Assembly (NCBI GenBank): GCA_037379345.1
Contig: CM074520.1
Coordinates: 20,501,488-20,565,487 of the forward strand
DNA from: Perna viridis
Lineage: Eukaryota
Direction of reading: 5' to 3'
DNA length: 64,000 bases
Shown here: in pieces, positions 15,301 through 26,615 of the stretch
Position numbering within the stretch: the first letter of the stretch is position 1
Layout of the letters: every line of letters begins with the position of its first letter
Position numbers and translations under genes: made by a program
The notes under the pieces: model-generated
Database searches by the model: none
What the model saw: the letters and a program-made list of their open reading frames with translations, nothing else
Told to the model about the DNA's origin: nothing

Positions 15301-18300
15301 CTAAAATCATACATACAAAATTAAAACATTAAAAATACTCAGAAAGTTTAAAAAAAAATGATAATTACATGCATTTTATTATTAAAACACTTCGTTAAAT
15401 TCAAAACAGCTCCTTTTTTCCTTTTTCTCATGAGGAAAAAAAAATGCTAACCCCTTTGTAAATCTCTGAATTTGCAATCATATACAATTGAAACTGAGAA
15501 TTTCTGGATGCTGTCTTCAAAAAGTTTTAAAACAGTACACATTTCAATACAATCAATAATTTTAATGTCATTTATAAATCCTTTTTTCCTTTTTGTTTCT
15601 CGGTTGTTTTGCATATAAACCTTAATTTATGATCAAATGAAAATATTTAAACATGGGATCTTCTCGTATATAAAGTGTTGTAAACGTCATGAATAGAATG
15701 AAGTGCATCAAAATAACATTTTTTAAAATTAATTGTGGCTTTATTTTTTCTAGCAAGCAGAAGAGAAAAACCCAGATCTTTTAAGATTTCCAGATGAAAT
15801 GAAATATCTTAAAGAGGCGTCACAGTAAGTAGCTATATTTTATTAATTCATTTTATAATATTCATTTGTTCAGTGACAAAGCTCCCTTGATTAGAAATTT
15901 ATCTGTATGTAAGATTTTGTTGACACCTTGAATAATCCTTAAATTCAACTACCACATTTCTGAAAAAAATAATGCAATGATTTCCTTTATTTAGTCATCA
16001 GTAATATCCAAGAGAGAAAATTCAAGTTAAAATCTTTGAATTTTAGGACGTCCATAGAAAATCTTACCACTGATATTAATGGTCTCTACGAAAGAATATC
16101 TAAACTATCAGTCCAAGCTGAAACCATAGGCACAGATTTCAAGAACCAAATGAACGACTTTTTACAGGTAAGCAATGTTTAATTGATTACTGTTTTTAAT
16201 TTGCAAATACTATGTTTTGTAAATTTAACAACATTCAGAATTCCAAAGTTAGCCAGGAAATCGTTGCGGGCCATATTTTCTAGAAAAGCAGAGGACGCTT
16301 ATCCTGCCGGTGCACCTGGTCCATGCTCCCAGTTTTTAGTGGAGTCTGAGTTGCTCATTTGCTTTTGTTACTTTATATGTATGATTTTTAGTTGCTTTAT
16401 GTTCTTTGTTGTGTATGTCTGTTTTCCATGTCTGGTCTTTGTCCCTGGATTACATTCTTTTGATTACCGCTATAACCTTGGTTCCCTTGATTACTCTTTT
16501 AAAGATCACTTTATTTATTTTCATTTTTAACCACCATTTCTTTTGAAATGCCTGTACCAAGTCAGAATCATTTCAGTACCAGCTGCTCTGGTGGTGTAAT
16601 ATCTATTTTGTCAGATTTATTTTGGACTTGATTATGAATGGGATAAGTGTTCGATAATTCTGTTGTTTTCCTTATTTATATAATGTGCACATGTAACTTT
16701 TATTACAAATGACAATTTATAAAGCTGTATAATGGTTGATTGATTGATTTCTTATTGGATTTCTTAGATTGCCAAGGATGACCTTTCAGAATTGCAAGAA
16801 GATTTAAAGGATATAGAAAGTCTTAAGCTAGAACTGTCAGACTTTTTCTGTGAAGATCCAAACTCATTCAAACTGGAGGAGTGTTTCAGCGTGTTAAATA
16901 CTTTCTGTACCAGATTTAAGAAAGCTATTTCAGTAAGTCTTTGTTGATAAACCACATTTATCATTTTTTATCTTAATTAAACTGCATATTGATCGTATGC
17001 ATTCATTGTATAAGAATTGGAATCCAACAGTCAGTTTATATTACTCAAAAACACACGCCACTAGATAGAGGCCACAGTCTTAAGTGGAATGAGTAAGAAC
17101 TGTAAAGCATGCCATGTATTGTCTTACAAGATACAAACAATAACAATTAACTTAATGTCTTCAAACATTAACTAAATTCTATTTTGTCAAAACAAATGTT
17201 TAAATTTATTGCTATATTAAACCCACAGAAACTAAGTTTAACTTTAAATTTTCAGGAAAATGAACACAGGAAGAAAGTAGAAGAAAAACAAAGAGACCGA
17301 CAAAGACAGAAAGAAATGGAGAGAGCTAAACAAGTACAAGGTATGTGTAAACCATACATTGCTTGTTAAGTAGTACTCCAGCTAAGAATCATGCAATATG
17401 AGATTCATGCTGGGAAGGCGTATATATTTTTATTTTTGATATTTTGTGTAAAATGTTGAAATAAACAGGAATTAACATGTGGCTTTTCATATAAACCCTG
17501 TTCAAAGAAAAAATAATTTATTCTACTACAGAATTCAAAATCTACTCTGCTAATAACACAGAAATACAAAAGAAACTACTGGATTAATAATGTAAATTAT
17601 CTCCTAAGAGCAGAGAGATTGGAATGAATAATTCTACATTTTTTTATAAAGACCTATAAAGCGACTTAATAGCAAAAATTAAAAATGTGTAGCTTTTTAT
17701 GGGGGTGTATCATATATTACAGAGTTTGCACGATTCTTACAAAGACTGCTACTTAAATACTGGATTATTTACTGTCACTTTAAAGTCAAGTCTATTCATT
17801 TCAATAAAATATCTGGTGTTTTTAATGCAAAAAAGTTCGGTCATCCGTCAAAACGTTATCCAGTCAATATGTAGTACTGAATTCATGAAAGAAAACCAAG
17901 TAAACAAACCATTTCAATAAAGAATTTAATTCATCACTTGTAAAAAAGCCTATAATCTGTCAAATAGTACTAACGTTTTCGTTTGCATAAACAGCATATG
18001 CTACACCCAAGAGAAATGAGTAAATAAATAGAACAATAACCAGGTACTTTATCATTTTGATGTCTCTTGGAAGACTGTTATGCTCTAAAAGATGTAAACA
18101 CTATCGATGATAAAAAGAAAAAAAATGGAGGGAATTTCGAAACCTCCATATATTTTTTTGCATCTAGACTGCAGCAAGACAATAGTAGCTTTTATTACTT
18201 GTTTAAATACAATTGTGAAACCCAATTAAGATAAAAATACAACATTTCATCATTAGATACTTAATTCAATAGATGTAATAACATTTTAAGAATAATGAAT

Positions 18301-21300
18301 GTGAACGATAGCCGCATTTAAAAGGTAAAAAAGGAACTAAATAATATAAAATATGAATAAAACCTAAAAACAAATTGATAAATGTGAGCCCAAATTTCTG
18401 TGGTAGGGATTAACAAGTTTTATCGTCAATACTTTTTGCCCATGACGAAGGCCGTAAATTCTTATTAACGTTTAATTTGAGCCACTTCACAACATAGATT
18501 ATGTTTAATAACATTTTAGCTGCAATGCTATGCATATATTTACGGCAGGTTCAGTTTGAATGACAATCTGGAAAAAAGAAAGGTACTAGTTAAGGTTTTA
18601 TAATCATTATTTTGCAGTATATAAATGTGGTTATACCATTTACTGTCATATTTTTTTCAGAAGAGGTTCAACCTCCGGAAGATCAGAAAATGGATCATGG
18701 CTCAGAAAATATCGTAGACCTACTGTTAGCAGATGTTAGGAGTGGTTTTGCAAGTCGAAGATCAGGAGAAAGCAGCTTCTCTGTAACAAAAAGGAAGAAA
18801 GTCAGTCTAGACTCTAATGACAATATTGCTAATGCTGATGTGAAATCTGGACAACCTGATCAATTTGTGCGACAAGGTTATGGACGAAAGAGTTTGCGTC
18901 GGCGTAAACCAGACTCAAAGGACGATGATTCTGAAAGCACTTGTAGTAGTTTAGAAGATGCAATGGAAACGGATCGACGACGCGTTCTTCAGAGTTCACA
19001 AGACGCTTTATTAGATATTCTGTCACAATCGGATACAAAAGCGTCTGAACCAAATTTTGAACGTTTTCCTAGTTTGCGCAAGAAACGCCAGGAACGACGT
19101 GAAAAACGAAGTGTTATGGACGTTTACGGCGATCGTGAACGTGCTGCTTCTCCTGTCGTAGATACTCAAATGAGTACGCCAACATCTAGTCTTCCAACCC
19201 GATCTAAAAATAAATCAATTGAAAGACCTAGATCAGGGGATTATAGTAGTTTTGAAGCACCTGTTTCTAATATACGAAGGTCTAAGAGTTTGACTGAAAA
19301 ACATGACAATGAAAAACAGGTAAACAATGAAAGTGATGAACTTGTTGAAAGACTTAAACGTAGATTAAGTCGAAAGGAAACAAAATCGCCTGATATTACG
19401 TCATCGCCTTCTGTCCGTGATCAACATTCAGTTGACAATGGAACACCAGAAGAAAACAGAACACGATGGCGATCTGGAATTGCAACAGATTTACAAACAA
19501 TAGACGAAAAAGCTAGACTAGAATCTCCTAGCAAGAAAATGTTTGATTCTTCTGTAAGAAATTCAAGGGAATATATGGAACGTCGTGTTAGTAAAACTCC
19601 ACTTGATCAGTCGGAATTACAAAAAATGTTGCAAAATGTTAATACGTCGGCCGGTCAGTCAGATAGTGAGAAAGATGATACACAGGTTTCTGTATCCGTA
19701 CGAAAGCAGCTTAATCAAAGGTGGAAAAGTGACCTTGGTAAATCTGATATTGACAAAGTTCTCAAAGCTATTGAGGACAAAGAAAAACAAGACGAGAAAA
19801 AACACCAAACACAGGACGATTCTTGCATTGTTATCCCGAAATCCGATCCGAAATTTGAGGAACAATTGCAAGTAAAAAGAAAACAAAGAAAGCAGCGATC
19901 GACATTATCATATGATGATGTTCATCGTGCGTTAAGAACACTCAGAACTGACGAAGATCCAAATGAAAACGGGTTACAGGAACATACAACTATTATTACT
20001 GCTGAAAGTGCCAAGGATTCAAGAGATGAAATACCTCCACCAGTGCCGCCAAGATCACCGTATAAGGAAAATAGCAGTGATGCTGAATCGTCACCAACTC
20101 CTCAGAAGTCGAATTTAAGCAAAGCAGCTAAGCTAGCTGCTAGACGAAAATTTAATCACAAACGCTTCGGTGATAAAGACCGGCCATCGTCTGCTAGTGG
20201 AGATCATAGATGTAAAAGTGATGTACAGAAAGATCATGTTGATCAGGCTTTGCGTGATATTAAAAGTGGAATGAGTAGATCAAAATCATACGACGAATCT
20301 GTTGCTAGGAAAGCAACTGCTGAAGGGAACGTTGTCAATGGCGATGTTTCACCTTCCCAAAGAAAGTCGTTCCGTGGAAGTGTGGGTCGGCTTGGATCCG
20401 ATGGTCGTCGAAACGGACGTTATTTTGCTAGTAGTGATAGTGAAGGGGAAGTTCTTCCAGACGGAACATCATCTCCGAAAAGACCCTCTAGTAACAAAAG
20501 TGACAGTCCGAAAAGTTCGAGCCGTCTATCTATTAAATCAAATAGTACATCAACAGAGACATTACGATGTGATACTCCATTCAGCGACAGTGAATCTCCA
20601 CTTCAAAAACGTAAAAACTCTGCTAGTAAGAGTCAAGATCTGCTCGATCAGGAAGATATTCAAAAACCAATTTCAAAAGACTATGATCAACCCGTTGTGC
20701 CTCCTAGATCAAGGAGAGCTGTTAGTCTGTTAGAGAAATCCGAATTAGAAACTGCTATAACTATTCATGAAAATAAACAATTCGACGAAGATGCATCTCC
20801 TATGAGTTTAATAACACAATGGAAAAACAAACGGAAACAAATCCGACGAAGTGCCTATGACAATGTTCACGATAGTGATTTTCAAACATCTCATAGAAAC
20901 AAAACATCCAATGAAACAACCGAAACAAATATGTCAACAAGTCCAAGGACGATTAACGGACTTCCTATTAATCACAAACACGAGGGTAGTGGTGATTCTT
21001 TTAGAAACGACATTGGTTCTCGGTGTAGCTACGCAAGCAGCAGTGACAGTGCACGCGATGAAGGATTTGAAACTATGTCTGGTACGGTTTCTCAGAGAAC
21101 ATCAATGAGTAGCACACAAGAATCAGAATTTACTCCTACCCTTTCACGAAAAATTCTCGAAAAAGGTCAAGGAGAAAAATCGATTATTCAAAACGAATAT
21201 AGACCTCCTTCAACTGAAATAGTCGTAGGGCGTGTTCATAAACAAACTGAACTTAATACACGTAAACAAAGAACCGAATCTTGGACCGAAGCAGTTGTTC

Positions 21301-22595
21301 AAGCTACAACTGTAAGTATTGACAAGAACACTTCACTTGATTCTTCTGTCGAGTACCCTGCGACTTCACCCGATAGTGGACAAGGTAGCTTTAAGGAGGA
21401 TGCATGGAGTGAAGATTTAGAATCAACACTTAGGAGTACATCTCCCACAAAATCCATCGATAGTCCGAGAACGCCTTCACAGACACCACAAGCGCCTTTA
21501 GCGACAGCTGAAAAATCGTTCAATATATCTGGTAAGAAAAAATCTGTTCCAAGTTATATGAGAGGAACGGCAAGCAGCTCTACAAAGAAGGGTCGGTCAA
21601 GTACAACTCCAATTGATTCTAACAAACGGAAGAGCACGACTCCTGCCAGAATTTCAAATCTTAATAAATCAAAGGCAGAATCGAATACAAGTATAACGTC
21701 GGGCACATCTGATGCGAGTCACGGGAGCAAACCAACGACGAAATCTACTAAGCGTACATCACTTGGGGTTGGTGGTACTCCTAACTCGAGGTCAACAACT
21801 CCGCTCCCACCGTCTAGATCGACCACCCCACATCCACCATCTCGATCAACTACACCACATCCAACTTCTCGACCTACTACTCCACAAGTTCATAATACAA
21901 CATCAACTCCGAAATCAAGAGGATCAGCTTCTTCAACTACGCCGACATCAAACTTTACACGAACTCAATCATTACGACTACCACGAGGAAGCCGACCGGC
22001 CTCTCTTGGTGGAGATGCACCAGACACTCATAGTTCATTGGGATCTAGACCGTCATCTGGGTCATCTCGTGCCTCAAGCAGAAATAGCTTTATGTCTCCA
22101 ACGGCATCATCTAAAGCAAGGAAAGATGGTGCAACTTCACCCACACCAACTCCACCTCCCCGAACGTCTTCAGTATCAACTGGTCGTAATACACCAACCC
22201 CAACCAGAAAATCAACGCCTACATCAACAAAGACAACGCCGTCTCCATCACCACTCACCCGCCATGCTAGCTTGAGACTACCAGCAAGATCTGCTAATAG
22301 ACTTGTTTATGCTGACGCACCGACTGGTTGCACTGACAAGAATCAAGCGGAAGGAAAAAAGACTCTTCGTAACAAAATTGGAGGCAACAAAATTAAGCCA
22401 ACAGAATCGCCTACAAAGTTAGCTACTGTAACAGAACAAGAGCAAGAAGGCGCCCAAGGTCAGGAGAAAGAAAAGTCTGGGTCTCCAATTAAAAGGATTG
22501 TAAATAAAACTAAAGACAAAATTCTACCGAGAAAATCTGGTGATTCTACTAAAAAAGAGACAGTAGATAAAAAGAAAACTTCGCTTAAGAAATGA
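6158..22595 (+). CDS. INF2: Inverted formin (INF2/FHDC1-like), 5'-partial spliced gene: join(6158..6302,7807..8538,11148..11312,11517..11602,11772..11872,13231..13301,14990..15097,15754..15824,16047..16167,16768..16932,17256..17340,18661..22595)
   Basis: All 11 internal introns are GT-AG with consistent phases. The spliced product is open and shows the DID/FH3 end ([11 protein letters not shown]...[12 protein letters not shown]), poly-Pro FH1, FH2 motifs ([77 protein letters not shown]), then [13 protein letters not shown] (INF2 WH2/DAD-like). Orthology to INF2 versus FHDC1 is not resolved. Confidence 0.9.
7807..8538 (+). CDS. INF2: Formin exon (dimerisation region, FH1 poly-proline, FH2 lasso start)
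   Basis: cggcag|ATT ... GAG|gtaatt, 732 nt, phase 0/0; five poly-Pro tracts; [11 protein letters not shown]...IW. Confidence 0.93.
11148..11312 (+). CDS. INF2: Formin FH2 exon
   Basis: ttgcag|ATA ... GAG|gtaaac; [20 protein letters not shown]...[10 protein letters not shown]. Confidence 0.93.
11517..11602 (+). CDS. INF2: Formin FH2 exon
   Basis: ttgtag|GTC ... TA|gtgagt; [28 protein letters not shown]. Confidence 0.9.
11772..11872 (+). CDS. INF2: Formin FH2 exon
   Basis: ttttag|C ... G|gtatac; [14 protein letters not shown]...IDAVIYAAK. Confidence 0.9.
13231..13301 (+). CDS. INF2: Formin FH2 exon
   Basis: cttcag|AG ... AAT|gtaagt; [24 protein letters not shown]. Confidence 0.92.
13577..13771. 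mobile_element. Tc1/mariner(pogo)-type MITE, degraded
   Basis: TA-CAATGAAACATGTTTAAAC ... GTTTAGACAGATATTACTG-TA termini; similar copy at ~24534-24695. Confidence 0.5.
14990..15097 (+). CDS. INF2: Formin FH2 exon (post region)
   Basis: tttcag|GGA ... CAG|gtatgt; [36 protein letters not shown]. Confidence 0.94.
15193..15320 (-). repeat. Truncated short interspersed repeat (3' end of a Penelope-like element family), antisense copy
   Basis: Near-exact reverse complement of 16372-16499. Confidence 0.85.
15754..15824 (+). CDS. INF2: Formin FH2 exon
   Basis: ttctag|CAA ... CA|gtaagt; [23 protein letters not shown]. Confidence 0.9.
16047..16167 (+). CDS. INF2: Formin FH2 exon
   Basis: ttttag|G ... 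CAG|gtaagc; [17 protein letters not shown]...QMNDFLQ. Confidence 0.9.
16277..16500 (+). repeat. Short interspersed repeat (3' end of a Penelope-like element family)
   Basis: TTCTAGAAAAGCAGAGGACGCTTATCCTGCCGGTGCACCTGGTCCATGCTCCCAGTTTTTAGTGGAG...; homologous to 38841-39040 (+) and to the 3' end of the RT relic at 40405-40620 (-). Confidence 0.8.
16768..16932 (+). CDS. INF2: Formin FH2 exon
   Basis: tcttag|ATT ... TCA|gtaagt; [33 protein letters not shown]. Confidence 0.93.
17256..17340 (+). CDS. INF2: Formin exon (FH2 C-terminal helix/coiled coil)
   Basis: tttcag|GAA ... G|gtatgt; [28 protein letters not shown]. Confidence 0.88.
18661..22595 (+). CDS. INF2: Formin terminal coding exon: WH2/DAD-like helix plus ~1290 aa Ser/Thr/Arg-rich disordered tail
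   Basis: ttttttcag|AA acceptor in phase with the previous exon; corresponds to the 1327-aa ORF in the track; [13 protein letters not shown] near the start; TGA at 22593-22595. Confidence 0.9.
21786..21888 (+). repeat. Coding 27-bp tandem repeat (SRSTTPxPP x ~4) in the formin tail
   Basis: [34 protein letters not shown] in the translation. Confidence 0.85.
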
Positions 22596-23800
22596 AATCC
22601 AGAACTATTTTAAACTTGGACTGAATCTACAATGGAGGCGCCAAATCTCCATTAATAAAAAAAACCTTGAACATAAATCCATAAATACTGTTCAAGACAC
22701 GAGGCCCGCCGAGGAAGAGAACGTTATCGTGTGAGAGTTATTGATACTCGTCTGGAGCTGGTGCTGGTACACCAGGAAACAATGACTTGCTGTGATAAGT
22801 GGTAACTCCCGTTTCGGTGCCAAAATTGATATTGACTGTTGTGTTGTACAACCCAAAAACATTATGCAAACTTTCCATTAAAATAATAGTGCTCTGTTTT
22901 GTTCCATTATACTAATCAAACGGAAAATCTTGCTGAAGTAGATCTGTTTTTGCATATATATATATATATATTATATCCAACGCGTCACTTTACATTTTTC
23001 AAAGCGCGATATCCGTTAAAGCAAGTTATGGAATTTCTTTCAATGATAATTATTTAATGTGTATGTATACCTCGTTATTTGGGAGTAGGTTTTATGTCAG
23101 TCGCTAGTTCGTTTTCGACCAGATCCATTCGGATCTAATTAGACCTTTTCGGTTCATTATTTCTCGTAGATTTTGTAAGAACAATTGGTTTGCCAGAACC
23201 GATGTGTTTAATGTAGCTTTCGTTGCTTTGGAATGTATGTATTTTCGACTCATTTTCGTTTATGAAAACAGGTTCAGTGTTAAATTCTTGCCTTATTTCA
23301 CTGAATTTTACTTTGACAATTTGAAAACTTCGAGCTGGTCTCGGAACACAATTATGTACAGTGTGTAGTAGGAAGACAATAGCTAATTAGGCGAAATTGT
23401 ACTTCGTCGTGTTGTGTTATCCGCAACTATGCAAAATTTTTACAAATCAACGATTCGTTTTCATATAAAAGTCATATTTTTGTATATGCTATTTCCTTGT
23501 CACATTTTTATCCCGCTTATACTTTAATTTATGCACGAAATCAATCTGACTACTCAATTTTTTGCACATCAATCTTATTTTTACAGTTTTGTGCAAAATG
23601 TTAATTTTCATCCATATACATTTTAAGGCGTTTTATATATAGACATCTGTTTATAAGAGAACAATGTAATGTAATTTTTTGTATCATATTTTGTATAATA
23701 TTTGTATATGACCTTAATATTAATTATTGTTACTTATTTGTTATGATTGTGTTTAATATATTAAAACAAATAAAATTATATTCATATGAAATGGATTATT
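22596..23800 (+). other. Probable 3' UTR of the formin gene; candidate polyA signal AATAAA at 23769-23774
   Basis: U-rich sequence with UGUA motifs after the stop, followed by AATAAA. An earlier AATAAA lies near 22654, so the end is uncertain. Confidence 0.45.
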
Positions 23801-23978
23801 TTTCTGATACAACAAATATAGTATCTGTATCATGGAAACAAGTACTATCTTTAAAAAAGGATAGCCGACGCAGTATTTTTTTCTTTCTTTTACTTACAAT
23901 AATTTTCTACATTTCATTCAGGAAATATAACACCTGGCACGCAATTTTCGATACATTTCTTTTTTTTTGTTCTAATGT

Positions 23979-24319
23979 CACTAAATTATCATTATTTAGC
24001 CAAACGGGAAACATAATTGCGATCAGGTGACTTGGGTTTCCATGGAAGAGCGTCTTTAAAGTCAAAGGTAAAAAGCGAAACTATACTGACTGCGTCTGAA
24101 AATGAACGGATATGGAGAAACGTCAGCGTAAAATTTAAATCCAAAATAGTAAATATAATTTGTTACACACGTTAAAGGGTGACATGTATGGCAAGTGATG
24201 TGTTGCAAAATTCAACACTTCAATTTTTATTCAATATACAGATTTTTCGAACGCCACTAAGTTACCAGTATTTGGCCAATCGGAAAGCAAAATTGCGATC
24301 AGGTGACTTGCGTTTCCAT
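23979..24319 (+). repeat. Pair of ~65-bp direct repeats (23979-24043 and 24255-24319)
   Basis: Shared core AATTGCGATCAGGTGACTTG(G/C)GTTTCCAT. Confidence 0.75.
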
Positions 24320-24533
24320 CTCTGTACAGCAGTTGGATAGTGAATGAATATTTGATAGTAATGATATTTAATCAAATAAAATAAATATTACAGAGAGACT
24401 TGTCTACAAATACTAACATCTCTGGTTAAAACTTATAACTAGCAAACAGAGAATATGTATGTATGATTGTGCAAGATATTTACCAGAAAACATGCCTTTA
24501 GAATGATAAGTAATTTTAAGATTTGCACACCTG

Positions 24534-24695
24534 TACATAGTAAAACCTTCCTAAACCGAATCTCGTTCGATTTAGACAGGGTTCATCTGGATTCAAATTA
24601 CATTTAAATTAAGATAATATAAAGAGATTTTTAAAAGTGTCTGGTTTAGACAGGTTTTCGGATTAATCAGGGTTCGGTTGAGATATTTCAATGTA
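24534..24695. mobile_element. Tc1/mariner(pogo)-type MITE, degraded
   Basis: TAGTAAAACCTTCCTAAACCGAA ... TTCGGTTGAGATATTTCAATGTA; same family as 13577-13771. Confidence 0.5.
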
Positions 24696-26499
24696 GTAAA
24701 TTTTCCTTACCTAACTATACAACTGATCACCATCATCAATGATTTATTTGTATGAAGTTTGACAAAAAAAGTTACCCTGACTATTGGGAATTTAATTCAA
24801 CATACATAGAAAATTGTATGTTTCAATTGCATTCAAATGCTTCTCAGTTGGAGTCCTCAAAATTTACACGATAACATTATAAATGCTTGAACTTGATAAT
24901 TTTTCCATTAATCATAACTTGTATCTTAAGCAAAGGATTGGTCGCATATTAAATTGATAACATATTTTGACAAAAAAGGATGCAATTAAAACGCTCGTTT
25001 TTCGTATTTTTATTTCTTAATAAAACGACTCATCAGAGCTTCTCTTTTTACTTCTGTAAGGAAGTGCAAGATTTTAGAAAACCATAAATGCATCCTTTTT
25101 TAAATATCTTTTAACCGCGAAAATTAACTACTTTGTAATAATAGACATTTTCTTTGATCTTCTAGGAGGCAATATTTCGCGTGATTGCAGATGTTTTATG
25201 TAGATTCGGTACATTGGAGTGCTAGCCATTTGCGGATTTTAGGATTTTGAAGATATACACAGTACGCAGCAATGATACTTCGAAAATAACGCACCCCAAT
25301 CTCATGAATATTATTGACTGGCTACAGTACGGGCCAGTAACGACGGCTAGCTTCACACTAATTACAAGAATTGGACTTATAAAGTCGTCATTGGAAACCA
25401 CAATCAATCCAAAATTGACTGCAAGGACAAAATCAAGGTTATCATGTATAAAATGCAAAAAAAACCCTTAACTGGAATGACAACATGGCTAACTAATAAT
25501 TATAAAATGTGAATAGAATTGAAAACCCAACCTTGGTCCAAAAGGGGCATTTGTCTTTCATCCTACACATCCACAGGATCCTACACCTTGATTTTGCTTT
25601 TATTAGTTAAAAATATGTCATTGACACTGTCGTATCTAAGGAGGTAATCCGGACATCAGTTTTAACTACAATACATAAAATAGATAACTTCATGTTCAAA
25701 GAGCTATAAAATAATTTTGTGCCACCAAATGAATTAAATTAAAGTACATGTACATGTTAGTCAATTTAAAAAAAATGCATACACGAACAGCCCTTCTTTT
25801 ATCAGTTATAAATCTTAAAACTGATTTCTCAAAATTAAATTGTGTGGGATTTTATACAAAACTAAATGTATTCAAGTCATGTATGTTTACCTACATTCAA
25901 TTACTGCATTAGTCACAGGTATAGGTTAAAACTGAATTTAGCTGTATCATTGCCGAAAAGGCTAACCTGGTGATCTTATTTGGTCACATGGGGTTGTCAA
26001 CAAGGGATGATTTCACACAGAATTAATTAGCACTATCTGCTCTAAAAGACATTTGAATTTTAATGAAAACCTGGCAAAACCACCTACTGGCAGTGAACAC
26101 ATGGGCATGAATGTAGAACGTTATAGTAATTTGGTTATAATTAAAACGTTGTTAAAAATCTTGAGGCTAGCAAACTCAGAAGCGATTATTTTTTGTTCAT
26201 TTTCAATTCATCTTTGGTGCATGAACAGGAATCCCATTTAATCGATGCGTTGTTAGTATCTTTATTTAATTAAGATCCTCCGAGAACATAGAAAATCATA
26301 ATTCGAAACAAAAAGGGAGTCTAAGGTCAAATTATAATGAGTCGAGTCGTATGCCTTACATTAGAAGGCTCAAAACATACATATGCCTCTCCCCCTTTTA
26401 ACATAATATTTTTTTCTATTCTACTATTGCATGAAAATACATGTATATGTAAAACGAACGTATTAGTGAGTGCTGATTCAGTGTGCTAATATTTGTCGT

Positions 26500-26615
26500 A
26501 TGAGAGTAGACGGATTAACATAAGCTTACTAGTCTTGTTTCCGAATCTTTATGATGTATTGTTGCATCAATTGTAATTTAATGTATTTATTTGAAATAAA
26601 AATATGTTTTAACTA
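26500..26615 (+). mobile_element. Possible CR1-type LINE 3' UTR remnant
   Basis: ATAAG...CTTGTTTCC.AATC motif ending in AAATAAAAATATGTTTTAACTAA. Confidence 0.3.

Noticed and set aside
15090-16530. Two ORFs sharing the peptide [34 protein letters not shown]
   Set aside because: Translation of the inverted repeat pair, not a duplicated protein gene
18829-22275. Several overlapping ORFs inside the large formin exon
   Set aside because: Alternative-frame or antisense shadows with no recognisable motifs
18612-22595. 1327-aa ORF as a stand-alone single-exon gene
   Set aside because: It starts at a non-ATG codon within intron-like sequence, and a strong acceptor at 18660 joins it in phase to the formin exons
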